This document shows positions 40,661 through 49,789 of a DNA stretch of 64,000 nucleotides, piece after piece. Positions within the stretch are counted from its first letter, which is position 1. Each line of letters starts with the position of its first letter. Origin of the DNA: a virus. Made by a program: the position numbers and the translations under genes. The stretch spans positions 9,303-73,302 of the IMG/VR virus record IMGVR_UViG_3300027851_000017; one strand, given 5' to 3'. The notes under the pieces are model-generated. The model saw nothing but the letters and a program-made list of their open reading frames with translations. It ran no database searches and was not told the DNA's origin.

Positions 40661-42310
40661 TTATCCTGCAAAATGTTCGTTAATACGTGCGCGAATCTCA
40701 TCCATAGAATCATTCAGTAGCACTTCACCATTACGGTATACAACCTTCAGCTCGCCGCCGTTAAACTCTTCCCAGGTACAGTTCTGAGTAAGTACGTAGT
40801 CACCCATAATGTCAATGTCAACACGTAGCAAGCCTGACGCAGACTTCTTAGTACCGTTATCAGTAATAGGATCCTTCGAGATAGCGATTAGCTCGTTATC
40901 GGCGTTAACTACTGCTGTAGCCTTCATAGCGAACCCGAGAGTATCACGGGTGTTGTACTGGTAGGTAAAGCTACCAACACCGAGAACGATATTGTCACTA
41001 GCCCAACCCTTATCAGCCAGCCGCTGCAACATTTCGTCAGCGGGAGCAGGGGTAATAGAGTCACCGTAGATCAGCCCCACACGAGGGCACAGGTTACGAT
41101 ACCCAGCATCATTAATAGTCCAGCCAAAGATATCAGCCAAGCACTGCACTGCGCCATCAACCTCGTACGCGCTAAGTTCCTCGCCTACTGCAACACGACA
41201 GAAATCGTGATTAACCGCACGGTAAAACTTATCTGCAATACTAACAGCGGAGTACTTGTCGAAGTTAGCACGGTTATCGAACTTAGCGTAGAACTCCTCC
41301 TCTGTAGCAAAGTACCCTACAACATCGTAGCCAGTAATGATACGTACCGGATCACCACTATCAGGGCGGAATACAACCTTGCTATTACCGAAAGCGTCCT
41401 CTCCACGAGCGAGAATCTCATCCTTCAGTTGTGCGGCAATACTGGTAGGCCCGCCTACTACGTTCCAGAAGTTCCAGGTATCGCTAACAATGGAAACGAT
41501 ACCGTTAGGATAGGTCTTGATAATGCGACGGTACGTCTCCAGCTCGTTAGCCTTACCTCCAGCACACATAACAGCGTGCTCAGTAGCAGGTACAGAACCA
41601 TACATGCCGCCACCGTACAGCTTGTTCATAGCGTCGGCCGCAGGAATGTTATCAGTGCCCCAAAAGCTAGTCAAGTGCCCCAATCCGCTACGTGCAGCAT
41701 CGTAGAATCCGCCCATACCACGCGGCGAGAAGTCGTGGGCTTGCCACATAATGAAGTCCTTGCTAGCGCCCGTATTATAAGCGTGCGCTTCCAAAATGTC
41801 GCGGTACACGAATGCGATAGTAGCACTAGTGCTGCTACGCCACAGGTCGAAACTGAGCCAAGTTTCAAGAGAATTAGGGAGCCAGTATTCGTCAGGGCTA
41901 GTATTGGTGATGGTCAGCACCGGCACGTTAACGTCTACAAAACTACCTTCTGGCAGTGCCTTAATTTCGATAGGCAAGTAGCCACGCGCCCACAGCTTAC
42001 GCAGTCGTTCAGTAACGTAGCCGTTAGGGCCACAGAACGCAGGATACAACTTCTGCGCTTCTGCATCAATTTCACCCCAAGCTCGGCTAAAGAACGTAGT
42101 TTCCCATACATGGTTCAGCTCTTGCAGGAATAGCTGTAGTGCTCCGAACCAAATGATTTTGTTCTTTTGCTTAAATTCCCTGGGAACATTCAAGTGCGTG
42201 ATGCTGCGCGGAGTGAAGTTACTTACTACCTGACGAGTGCCTGCTGGGTACTGGTCAGGGTGGCCCAGCTTGTAGCTATCGAGAGAGTTGAGTGCGGTTT
42301 GTGCAAACAT
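40661..42310 (-). CDS. nadV: nicotinamide phosphoribosyltransferase (NAMPT/NadV-like)
   Basis: 549 aa, NAMPT-like phosphoribosyltransferase core (GYRG, FGMKAT regions). Confidence 0.7.
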   Translation of the reverse strand: MFAQTALNSLDSYKLGHPDQYPAGTRQVVSNFTPRSITHLNVPREFKQKNKIIWFGALQLFLQELNHVWETTFFSRAWGEIDAEAQKLYPAFCGPNGYVTERLRKLWARGYLPIEIKALPEGSFVDVNVPVLTITNTSPDEYWLPNSLETWLSFDLWRSSTSATIAFVYRDILEAHAYNTGASKDFIMWQAHDFSPRGMGGFYDAARSGLGHLTSFWGTDNIPAADAMNKLYGGGMYGSVPATEHAVMCAGGKANELETYRRIIKTYPNGIVSIVSDTWNFWNVVGGPTSIAAQLKDEILARGEDAFGNSKVVFRPDSGDPVRIITGYDVVGYFATEEEFYAKFDNRANFDKYSAVSIADKFYRAVNHDFCRVAVGEELSAYEVDGAVQCLADIFGWTINDAGYRNLCPRVGLIYGDSITPAPADEMLQRLADKGWASDNIVLGVGSFTYQYNTRDTLGFAMKATAVVNADNELIAISKDPITDNGTKKSASGLLRVDIDIMGDYVLTQNCTWEEFNGGELKVVYRNGEVLLNDSMDEIRARINEHFAG

Positions 42311-42311
42311 A

Positions 42312-43133
42312 TTATTCAGCTGTAAATGAGTTAATTACGAAGATGTTATCGAAGTGTTCTTGTACTACAGCGACACCCTTACTAAAGATACCGTGAGTCA
42401 CTGCCAGGTCTAGCTGGCCCTTATAACCGAACCTACGAATGACTTCAGCTAGCTCGACAAAAGTCCGGCCACCGTCACAGATATCGTCTACAACGATAAG
42501 TCGTTGGTAGTGAGTCAGGTAGTGTTCGTTAATCCATGTGCCGCTAATTGCGCCAGTCTTTGTATCGCGCAGCTTGTGTGCTTGAATAACGTCAACGCCT
42601 AGCGCGGCGGCCACTTTATGTGTTTTCTTAGCTGCACCAGCATCCGGACTAATCAGTGCTGTTTTAATACTACCCCTACCACTATCAGTGATACACAACA
42701 TATCTTCTGTCCAAATCTCCCACTGTCTAATAGGGATGGCAGTACCGGGAGTTAGCATTCCTTCCAGTACATCGCTATGCGGGTCCCAAAAAGTGACGCC
42801 GGTAAAATTAAGCGAGTTAACTACTGCTACGAATGCTTGCAATGCGTTAGGCTCGCCGGGATTTGATACACGATCTTGTCGTGCAAATGGAAAATATGGA
42901 ATATTCAGGAAAACGGCTTCCACACTACTAAGCTCTTGGCGGATAGCATTAGTGACCATAATCAAGTCTACGATATCGTCACTTCCGCGAAAGTGGCAAC
43001 GTACTTCCGGAGAGCCTACAGCTTTCAGCTTTTCTGTATCAATTGACAGCCCACGTTCTCCGCCTGGGAATGTCCAGAACTTTACTGGAATATCAATACG
43101 GTAGTCGAGCGCGCTTCGCAATGTGATTGGCAT
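42312..43133 (-). CDS. prs: ribose-phosphate pyrophosphokinase (PRPP synthetase)
   Basis: PRPP-binding loop VDDICDGGRTF. Confidence 0.8.
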   Translation of the reverse strand: MPITLRSALDYRIDIPVKFWTFPGGERGLSIDTEKLKAVGSPEVRCHFRGSDDIVDLIMVTNAIRQELSSVEAVFLNIPYFPFARQDRVSNPGEPNALQAFVAVVNSLNFTGVTFWDPHSDVLEGMLTPGTAIPIRQWEIWTEDMLCITDSGRGSIKTALISPDAGAAKKTHKVAAALGVDVIQAHKLRDTKTGAISGTWINEHYLTHYQRLIVVDDICDGGRTFVELAEVIRRFGYKGQLDLAVTHGIFSKGVAVVQEHFDNIFVINSFTAE

Positions 43134-43197
43134 GTTTGTTTCCTAACGATTAGTAATAATTATATATCAAATACGCTTTAGGGTCAAGTCCGTAATT

Positions 43198-43662
43198 TTA
43201 AGACTTCTTAGCTAGGTAAAAATCGCCTTTAACTAGTGCTCTGGATATGTATGTGGCACTGTACTTAGAGTGATAATACACACCGTACGCTGAAGTCCAT
43301 GTTACGTCTACCCACTCAGGACCTACCATTGCGTGGTACACTTGCAGCGGATCGCTGCTATACTTAGAGCAAAACTTAAAATCATTACCTTCAGTTAGCA
43401 GTTCTTCGTAACTCCGACGCTCTAACATAGAGTAGAGTGCTCCATACTCCGGCCAGTCCTTTTCAACTACCAGAGTTTCTAGGCGTTCTTTGCCTTGTAG
43501 TACTCGCGACCCTTGGATAAGGATTTCCGCGAGTAGCAGCCCATTGAGCCCGTCTTTAGTAAGGTATTCACTAGCATCACTCAGCTTAATTACGATGTAG
43601 CGGTCTTCTAACTTAAATTGTTCGGACATTGTATTGCCTTTCAAAAGATTATTATACAACAT
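43198..43662 (-). CDS. hypothetical protein (154 aa)
   Basis: ORF only. Confidence 0.3.
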   Translation of the reverse strand: MLYNNLLKGNTMSEQFKLEDRYIVIKLSDASEYLTKDGLNGLLLAEILIQGSRVLQGKERLETLVVEKDWPEYGALYSMLERRSYEELLTEGNDFKFCSKYSSDPLQVYHAMVGPEWVDVTWTSAYGVYYHSKYSATYISRALVKGDFYLAKKS

Positions 43663-43787
43663 ATACGAGAATATTTCAAACTAATAAATTTACACACTAA
43701 CACGTAACACTTAGCGAGATGTATAAATTTAGTGGTTTGGCGCGAGCAAAAAGAAAAGCCCCGTAACTTTCGCTACGAGGCTTTTGA

Positions 43788-44645
43788 TTACTTAATGTTA
43801 AGCATCGGGATTACGCCACCAGTAGTCTGTGGCAGTGCACCATTCCAGCGCTGAGCTTTAGTGTACTCAATCAACTCTGGGGTAATAGATGCCTGGACCA
43901 GATTATTAGCTTTTGCCTTTGCTTCTGCAGCAATCAGTGCGGCGTCTGCCTCGCCACGAGCTTTTTCGCGTTCAATTTGTGCAGTAGCTGTAGCTGTCTG
44001 CAATTCATTCTCTCGTTGCTGAGCTTTTTGGGTAGCTTCAATCTTAGAGTTAATAGCTGCTGTGATATTATTAGGCAGTCGCATTGCACCAGCCCAGTAG
44101 ATTTTCTCTACGTTAATACCAATACTAGTAACCTGAGCACGAACACGCTTAGTAACATCGTCCATTAGCTTCTCTTTACCGCTACCGTAAATCTCAGTAA
44201 CGTCTAGCTTAGCACTTTCGCTATTGATAGCATCACGTACCATGTTACGCAGATAAATATCAGTGATTTCGTCTACGCCCTTACGGTATTTCTGAAACAC
44301 AAGTCCTGCTTTATCAGCTTGAATGTTGTAGCTAAGGCCTACGTCGGAGTTGATCTGTGTGCCTTCCTTATCCTGGAAAGTCACAGATTCATCTGCCCCT
44401 TCAACCGATTTCCACGTCACGTTCTGTGTGTAAGTTGGGAAGATATACAGTTCTTCGTTCCAGCCTAGCCAGTATCGGCCTGGGGGCAGTACTTCGGCTG
44501 CTACACCCTTGTCATTACCGTATAGGTTAAACAGCACACCTACGTTGCCACCGCTGACGGACACACGAGATGCTGAGCCGATAAGAATAGCTACAAAGAG
44601 CAAAAGTGCGACTAGAGCGGAGATAAGTTTAGTTTTGTTCGTCAT
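43788..44645 (-). CDS. SPFH/band-7 (prohibitin/HflC-like) membrane protein
   Basis: N-terminal TM helix, SPFH core and C-terminal Ala/Glu-rich coiled coil. Confidence 0.7.
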   Translation of the reverse strand: MTNKTKLISALVALLLFVAILIGSASRVSVSGGNVGVLFNLYGNDKGVAAEVLPPGRYWLGWNEELYIFPTYTQNVTWKSVEGADESVTFQDKEGTQINSDVGLSYNIQADKAGLVFQKYRKGVDEITDIYLRNMVRDAINSESAKLDVTEIYGSGKEKLMDDVTKRVRAQVTSIGINVEKIYWAGAMRLPNNITAAINSKIEATQKAQQRENELQTATATAQIEREKARGEADAALIAAEAKAKANNLVQASITPELIEYTKAQRWNGALPQTTGGVIPMLNIK

Positions 44646-44881
44646 TTTTCAGTTTTAGTCGGTTTAGGGTGTGCACCGCTCACCAAGTATACGATGAAGC
44701 TAATGATGCTAATAAAGAATAGTAGCGTGCCTACTAGGCCTGCTACGAATGACCCGGTACTTCCGGAAAGTAGTGCAGGTAACCCTACTTTAACCAGCAA
44801 TACCAGAGTCGCTAGCGATATCAGCGCTAGCGCTATCAGCAGTGCTGACAGTAGCGGCTTGTTTTGCTTTAATTTTGTCAT
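44642..44881 (-). CDS. small membrane protein (79 aa, two TM helices)
   Basis: Hydrophobic LLSALLIALALISLATLVLLV and LLFFISIISFIVYLV. Confidence 0.3.
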   Translation of the reverse strand: MTKLKQNKPLLSALLIALALISLATLVLLVKVGLPALLSGSTGSFVAGLVGTLLFFISIISFIVYLVSGAHPKPTKTEK

Positions 44882-45140
44882 AGTAATAGGTAATTATTTC
44901 CTCTCCCTCGGCCTGGGCACATACGTCCAAAAGGCCATCCATAACTGCTTTAAGGTTTTCGATGGAAGCCGGAATAGACACCCCTTCCCGGCTAGGAATC
45001 CATTCGCCGTCAAAGGACAGGAAGTATTTTCTTAGCTGGAAGTATGTGGTATCTCTGAAGTCGTTGATTACGAATCTAACCTGGAAGCCTTTGTCGTAGT
45101 TTTCCTCGATCAGCTTACTGTAGTGAATGTTTTCGTCCAT
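44790..45140 (-). CDS. hypothetical protein (116 aa)
   Basis: ORF. Overlaps the previous ORF by about 90 nt, so the start is uncertain. Confidence 0.3.
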   Translation of the reverse strand: MDENIHYSKLIEENYDKGFQVRFVINDFRDTTYFQLRKYFLSFDGEWIPSREGVSIPASIENLKAVMDGLLDVCAQAEGEEIITYYYDKIKAKQAATVSTADSASADIASDSGIAG

Positions 45141-45334
45141 TACAGAATACCTAAATAGCCCATAGGCCCTAGAAGGCCCGTTAGCCCACCTGCAAATCCG
45201 CGCTTAGAAAACCATTCATCAACAGCTAGCCGTATCGACTCATGAATAGCAGCATCACGACGCTCAGTACGAGCGTAGTAACCGTTAAAACTACGATACG
45301 CGCGAATTTTGCGAAATTTACGTTGTTTCACCAT
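45140..45334 (-). CDS. hypothetical protein (64 aa)
   Basis: ORF only. Confidence 0.25.
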   Translation of the reverse strand: MVKQRKFRKIRAYRSFNGYYARTERRDAAIHESIRLAVDEWFSKRGFAGGLTGLLGPMGYLGIL

Positions 45335-45657
45335 AAATCCTCTGAAAAAAGTTCTGTACCTTGATACGCTTTAGGGTCAGGATCACGCTTTAGCTGACCA
45401 TAAAGTTGAGCATAGTTGTATGCGTCACAGCGGTCTAAGAACACTCCCCTATCTGTAAGGAAACCCTGAACATCAGGGCCAGCAATACCGCCAGGGATAC
45501 TTCTAATCACATGGTGGTGTCGATTAGGCTTTGGCAAGCTATACACTACATCATTGTATTTAATTGCTACGTGAGTAATCATACACGTACTCCCAATGCT
45601 CGCAAATGCTCTAGAGAAGCCAGCTCCGACGCAGGCTGATAACAGAACTGTTGCCAC
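45328..45657 (-). CDS. hypothetical protein (109 aa)
   Basis: ORF only. Confidence 0.3.
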   Translation of the reverse strand: MATVLLSACVGAGFSRAFASIGSTCMITHVAIKYNDVVYSLPKPNRHHHVIRSIPGGIAGPDVQGFLTDRGVFLDRCDAYNYAQLYGQLKRDPDPKAYQGTELFSEDLW

Positions 45658-46208
45658 TTATCACTAAGCAGCCAGCAACGATATACCCAACCATGCTGAG
45701 GATCGTTCTTCACTTCGCCTTCAATACGTGCGGTTGAGTCGTATCGAGCAGCATACACAACTTCGCCAACTGCGAATCTATCTCGTGTAGCCCCTTCCGG
45801 GATAAGCTCTGGGCGGAAGTAGTCATGCGACGCTGCACGGATAGGAACATGATTGCGTTCGAGAATAGACTTGACAAACTGTGCTGATCGGTAGAGTGAC
45901 TTTGCGATTGCATCAATAGGCTCACCGTTAATGTATGTCTGAATCGCGTAAACGATCTCGTCTTGAGAAGCAGGCTTGCCCCTCTTTTCGGCACGCCGTT
46001 TAGCGTCCCTGGCCTGCTTCTCCTTAAACGTGTTAATAATAGTCCCAAGCCGCGTAGTATTATACGCCATACCAAGGATAGCACATGCATCCTTCTTGGA
46101 AATTGGCTTAGCCTGAGGGTCGGCTGGCTCTAGCAGAGAAATGACTTTGATAATGTTAGCATCAGTCATTAGCGCTTCCTCGGAAGCTGGTCGTTTACGT
46201 GTTGCCAT
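45579..46208 (-). CDS. HTH DNA-binding protein (209 aa)
   Basis: HTH-like ISKKDACAILGMAYNTTRL. Confidence 0.35.
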   Translation of the reverse strand: MATRKRPASEEALMTDANIIKVISLLEPADPQAKPISKKDACAILGMAYNTTRLGTIINTFKEKQARDAKRRAEKRGKPASQDEIVYAIQTYINGEPIDAIAKSLYRSAQFVKSILERNHVPIRAASHDYFRPELIPEGATRDRFAVGEVVYAARYDSTARIEGEVKNDPQHGWVYRCWLLSDKWQQFCYQPASELASLEHLRALGVRV

Positions 46209-46322
46209 ATCAAAAGTCCTTTATCAACTAATCAGACTATATTATATAGTTTTTCACTTACATATTCAAGACAGTAATTTTGCACATAAAAATGACGGCA
46301 CTAAGGCCGTCATTATTTAGCC

Positions 46323-46505
46323 TTACGGATAGCTAAGGTCTTGTTCGTCGTACCATGCTGCAACTAGGTCGCCGTGGCCGTCTACAAACTGTACCCAGTA
46401 CGAGTTAGGTGATCCGTTAACATACTCGGCACGGCCCTTCACAAACCCAACTTTGTTGGGTTGCGTAATTACAACGTCTTGACCAAGGTCAAAGTTGAAA
46501 GTCAT
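46323..46505 (-). CDS. hypothetical protein (60 aa)
   Basis: ORF only. Confidence 0.25.
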   Translation of the reverse strand: MTFNFDLGQDVVITQPNKVGFVKGRAEYVNGSPNSYWVQFVDGHGDLVAAWYDEQDLSYP

Positions 46506-46506
46506 G

Positions 46507-46920
46507 TTAGGCCTTCAGAACGCTAAGCAGGTAGACAGCCGCCTTGCCAGTCAGCTTGGTCAGGATTTCGTCATCAACCGGAGCGCCGCGTTCCTCGATA
46601 GCTGCACGCAGCTCACCGATTGCAGACTCCTTAGACACACGGGTACCTCCGGTACCAGCCTTCTTCTCACCGCCAGCAGTCTTAGCAGCTACAACTGCTT
46701 CCTTCTTAACGTAAGCACCGGCTTGAACCAGCACCATGCGCACGCCGTTGGGAGACAGCTCATGCTCCTCTGCAAGGTCTTTAATAATTTCGCTAGTATT
46801 GTCCGCAGTAGGCTCAGAAGCCAGATACTGGGCAATAATAGTCTTCTTCAGTTCATCAGTCCAAGTAGCCATATTAGTGAATAGTATTGTTAGTAATGTT
46901 AGTAACTTGAATGCCGGCAT
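46507..46920 (-). CDS. hypothetical protein (137 aa)
   Basis: ORF only. Confidence 0.3.
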   Translation of the reverse strand: MPAFKLLTLLTILFTNMATWTDELKKTIIAQYLASEPTADNTSEIIKDLAEEHELSPNGVRMVLVQAGAYVKKEAVVAAKTAGGEKKAGTGGTRVSKESAIGELRAAIEERGAPVDDEILTKLTGKAAVYLLSVLKA

Positions 46921-47122
46921 CGCTAAGCGTCTCTAGGACGCCCATATACGCTAGCACTAAGGAGTACAGGGTATGTGTTGGGATTACCGAGTCAGGAAGG
47001 TCACGAATTGGTGTATCGTCATCAACATTAGCGACGATATTTGTAGAGATTGTACTAGCCACTACAAGGTTATCTTCCAAGAACTGTCGCTGCTCCCTGG
47101 TAAAGTAGACTTTCTTGCTCAC
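46874..47122 (-). CDS. hypothetical protein (82 aa)
   Basis: ORF only. Confidence 0.25.
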   Translation of the reverse strand: MSKKVYFTREQRQFLEDNLVVASTISTNIVANVDDDTPIRDLPDSVIPTHTLYSLVLAYMGVLETLSDAGIQVTNITNNTIH

Positions 47123-47391
47123 ACAAACACCTTTGTAATGTTTGACATACCTTCCGGGGTAAATCGACGGAAGCGGTTTGCCAGGTCATATTTAGCCATA
47201 ACTTCCGCAAGCTCGCGCTGCTTAGCGTCGAACACCTTACGGTATTCTTCGAGAAACTCTGGCATATCGTCAGGGTTCAGTTCGCTAATGTCAATACCGA
47301 ACACTACGCTCGTAGGCTCAGATACGACTAGAATATCACGCTTGGATACGTCACCACTGGCCTTAGTATAGTCGAAACTTGCGATTTGCAT
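47119..47391 (-). CDS. hypothetical protein (90 aa)
   Basis: ORF only. Confidence 0.3.
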   Translation of the reverse strand: MQIASFDYTKASGDVSKRDILVVSEPTSVVFGIDISELNPDDMPEFLEEYRKVFDAKQRELAEVMAKYDLANRFRRFTPEGMSNITKVFV

Positions 47392-47442
47392 ATTAGCCTT
47401 TATGTGTCAATCTAAGCAATAATTATATTATGATTAAGCAGA

Positions 47443-47721
47443 TCAATCAAGTTTATAATTTTCGTCGTCTACTAGAACTACTTTTTGTAGTCCGGTACGT
47501 GCGGCTTCTTCAAAGGCCGGAATTAGTAGAACTGCCAGCCAGAACGGAGCAACTACCAGGTTAATTAGAAATGCTGTAAATGCGGATAGCTTTGGGTAGC
47601 TAGTGAACGCATTCGCAATGTTTTTGTACTTGGCCTCTTGCATCATCGGCCATAGCAAATGCACTAGCGAGTACAGCGATAGTGCAATGGCGGCTGCTGC
47701 GTAAATAAGTAGAAATGTCAT
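47443..47721 (-). CDS. small membrane protein (92 aa)
   Basis: Two hydrophobic helices. Confidence 0.3.
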   Translation of the reverse strand: MTFLLIYAAAAIALSLYSLVHLLWPMMQEAKYKNIANAFTSYPKLSAFTAFLINLVVAPFWLAVLLIPAFEEAARTGLQKVVLVDDENYKLD

Positions 47722-48129
47722 TTAGAAGCGCGCAATATCTTTAATTGCGAAACTAACCTTCTGAGACAGAACCGTGGGCTTCTTCTTCTCAGCCTTGCGT
47801 AGATTTGCAAGGTACTCTGCTGGCAGTGCCAAAGTACGCAGGGCATCACCACTAACGATATGGTTAGAGCTAAACACTTCCTTAGGAACGTGCTTACAGA
47901 ACTTCTTCAGCAACTTAGCTGTACGAATCTGCGACGCCGACCACTGAGGGGTAGTAGGAGTGCCACGACGGTATGACACATTGGCCATAGCGGCCTGGAT
48001 TTGCTCAGCGTTACCAGGGCTGCGCTTCAGTGCGCGTTCCAGCTTCTTAAGGCGGTTAGTCTTCCACTTATTGGTAGCCTTGTAAGCCGATTGGTAGCCT
48101 TGCTTGGACTTGCTTTGTGATTTAGCCAT
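47722..48129 (-). CDS. basic protein (135 aa)
   Basis: Lys/Arg-rich N-terminus. Confidence 0.3.
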   Translation of the reverse strand: MAKSQSKSKQGYQSAYKATNKWKTNRLKKLERALKRSPGNAEQIQAAMANVSYRRGTPTTPQWSASQIRTAKLLKKFCKHVPKEVFSSNHIVSGDALRTLALPAEYLANLRKAEKKKPTVLSQKVSFAIKDIARF

Positions 48130-48159
48130 AGATTTTAGTTATTTACAACTTGTGAGAAT

Positions 48160-48195
48160 ATATAATTATAGCAGAGTTAGAACCGCCGAGCAACT
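48160..48195 (-). promoter_or_regulatory. early promoter (- strand): TTGCTC - 17 - TGcTATAAT
   Basis: Reverse complement reads ...TTGCTCGGCGGTTCTAACTCTGCTATAATTATAT. Extended -10. Confidence 0.4.
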
Positions 48196-48203
48196 TAGAA
48201 TTT

Positions 48204-48608
48204 TTATTCGATAAAATTACCGAACATGGCGATAAGCGTCTTTGTAGGCTCCGGGGTGCAGTAGATCGGCACAAGAATATTCTGGCCTAGCGAGATAAGG
48301 TCTTCCACTCGGGCAGCACCAATCTTACGACTATACTGCTCGTCAGGTCGGCAGTAGGCAACTGCTACACGAGCAAAGATACCGCGCGGATTACCTACAG
48401 CGTCTCTAATGACTGGCATGTAGCCAATAGTAAGGCCGCCTTTGCCAGTGCGCTTATTAAAAAGATGGACAACCCGAATTGGGTTAACCTTGACCATGCC
48501 GATAGGGGTATTAGTGTGTTCTACGTTCATTTTATTTAAGGTATGTACTATAAAACGAAAAAGGCTCGTTGTATTCACAATTATACAGTGAAACAGCGAG
48601 CCTTTCAA
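48204..48608 (-). CDS. hypothetical protein (134 aa)
   Basis: ORF only. Confidence 0.3.
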   Translation of the reverse strand: MKGSLFHCIIVNTTSLFRFIVHTLNKMNVEHTNTPIGMVKVNPIRVVHLFNKRTGKGGLTIGYMPVIRDAVGNPRGIFARVAVAYCRPDEQYSRKIGAARVEDLISLGQNILVPIYCTPEPTKTLIAMFGNFIE

Positions 48609-48618
48609 GACTATAATT

Positions 48619-48921
48619 TTAGAACTTAGTCAGTGTGGCGGTAGGGATGTATGCCCCACCCTTAACTTCAACGAAGAAGAATGTTTTACCTGGATTCAGT
48701 CGGGCCAGACGTTCGCACTCCGAACGTGCGTCAGCCGCAGAGAAATGCTGCGCTGGATCACGGGCAAAGCTAACACCAGTAGATGGTGCGATGCTGCCGA
48801 CAATAAATGAACCAGTGGTAATAGTAGTTTGAGCTTGAGCCATTTTAGTTTCCTTAGTGTTAGCTGCTAGAGCGTTTAATTCGTCGAATAGGTCAAATAT
48901 GTTAAGGTACTGTTTTTCCAT
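48619..48921 (-). CDS. hypothetical protein (100 aa)
   Basis: ORF only. Confidence 0.3.
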   Translation of the reverse strand: MEKQYLNIFDLFDELNALAANTKETKMAQAQTTITTGSFIVGSIAPSTGVSFARDPAQHFSAADARSECERLARLNPGKTFFFVEVKGGAYIPTATLTKF

Positions 48922-48923
48922 TT

Positions 48924-49214
48924 TTACAGAGTGATCCAGCTAGTATCGTTACCAAATCGTAGTCCATCGTGCTTGATAGGGTCGTAGGATTCAAAGTGCC
49001 CGCTAATATTTTCGTCAGTATCTACATTATCTTCCTCAGTACCTTCAGGGTCTGGTGGGTAGATGCCGAACGATTCAGCATTCTGACAAGCCGACTCCCA
49101 GGCGTAGTCATCGAGTTCTTTCTGAGTAATGTTATCAGGAACTAGACAGAACTCTGTTGCGTCGGTACCTATAGTATCAGTACACAAGCGCAGCACCATC
49201 TTTTTGTATTCCAT
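48924..49214 (-). CDS. hypothetical acidic protein (96 aa)
   Basis: ORF only. Confidence 0.3.
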   Translation of the reverse strand: MEYKKMVLRLCTDTIGTDATEFCLVPDNITQKELDDYAWESACQNAESFGIYPPDPEGTEEDNVDTDENISGHFESYDPIKHDGLRFGNDTSWITL

Positions 49215-49291
49215 CTTGCACCCTTTATATCAGCGAATAAGTATTATTATAGACTGTTTTGATACTATAAGCAACTATGAATTTTTATTTG

Positions 49292-49367
49292 TGGTATGAG
49301 GTAGGGGACTCGAACCCCTACTAAGTGGGTGGAAGCCACCTGTGCTACCGTTGAACACTAACCCCAC
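49292..49367 (-). tRNA. tRNA-Gly (UCC)
   Basis: Cloverleaf readable by eye. Anticodon loop cuUCCac, T-arm aggggTTCGAGTcccct, CCA encoded. Acceptor stem has two G-U pairs. Confidence 0.7.
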
Positions 49368-49370
49368 ACA

Positions 49371-49682
49371 TTAGTTACTAAACTTATCGTAAGTATCCAT
49401 AATAGGAAATCCGTCATCCACATATGGAGCGACTTCCTCTTTATAATACTGCTCTCTAGCCGCGTAACCTGCGGCGTCTGCAATTTTATCGTTGACTTCG
49501 GCGCTGAAGGAAAATAGACCGGCTTTACTTGCCCATATCAAATACTCATGGTGATCTTCAAGCACATCCTGTACTCGGCAGCCCTGTAGCTTGCCCTTTG
49601 GGATCAGATCGCTAAGACTTAGGGTAGATGACTTTAGTTTGGTAAATGATTTAGACATAAAAAGGCGTGCCGCTAAGGGCAC
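49371..49682 (-). CDS. hypothetical protein (103 aa)
   Basis: ORF between two tRNA genes. Confidence 0.3.
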   Translation of the reverse strand: MPLAARLFMSKSFTKLKSSTLSLSDLIPKGKLQGCRVQDVLEDHHEYLIWASKAGLFSFSAEVNDKIADAAGYAAREQYYKEEVAPYVDDGFPIMDTYDKFSN

Positions 49683-49698
49683 GCTATTTAGGCTTATA

Positions 49699-49789
49699 TG
49701 GAGGTAGGTAAAGGAATCGAACCCTCACCGAGTACTAGTCAGTGGCGACGGATTTCAAATCCGTTTGCATGCCATATGCGCTACCTACC
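49699..49789 (-). tRNA. tRNA-Ser (UGA), long variable arm
   Basis: Anticodon arm acgga-tttgaaa-tccgt, long variable arm, acceptor ggtaggt/acctacc, CCA encoded. Confidence 0.75.

Noticed and set aside
43750-43790. Possible terminator hairpin downstream of the SPFH gene
   Set aside because: The stem (gccccgta...tacgaggc) is imperfect and the flanking T-run is weak, so I could not support it beyond chance.
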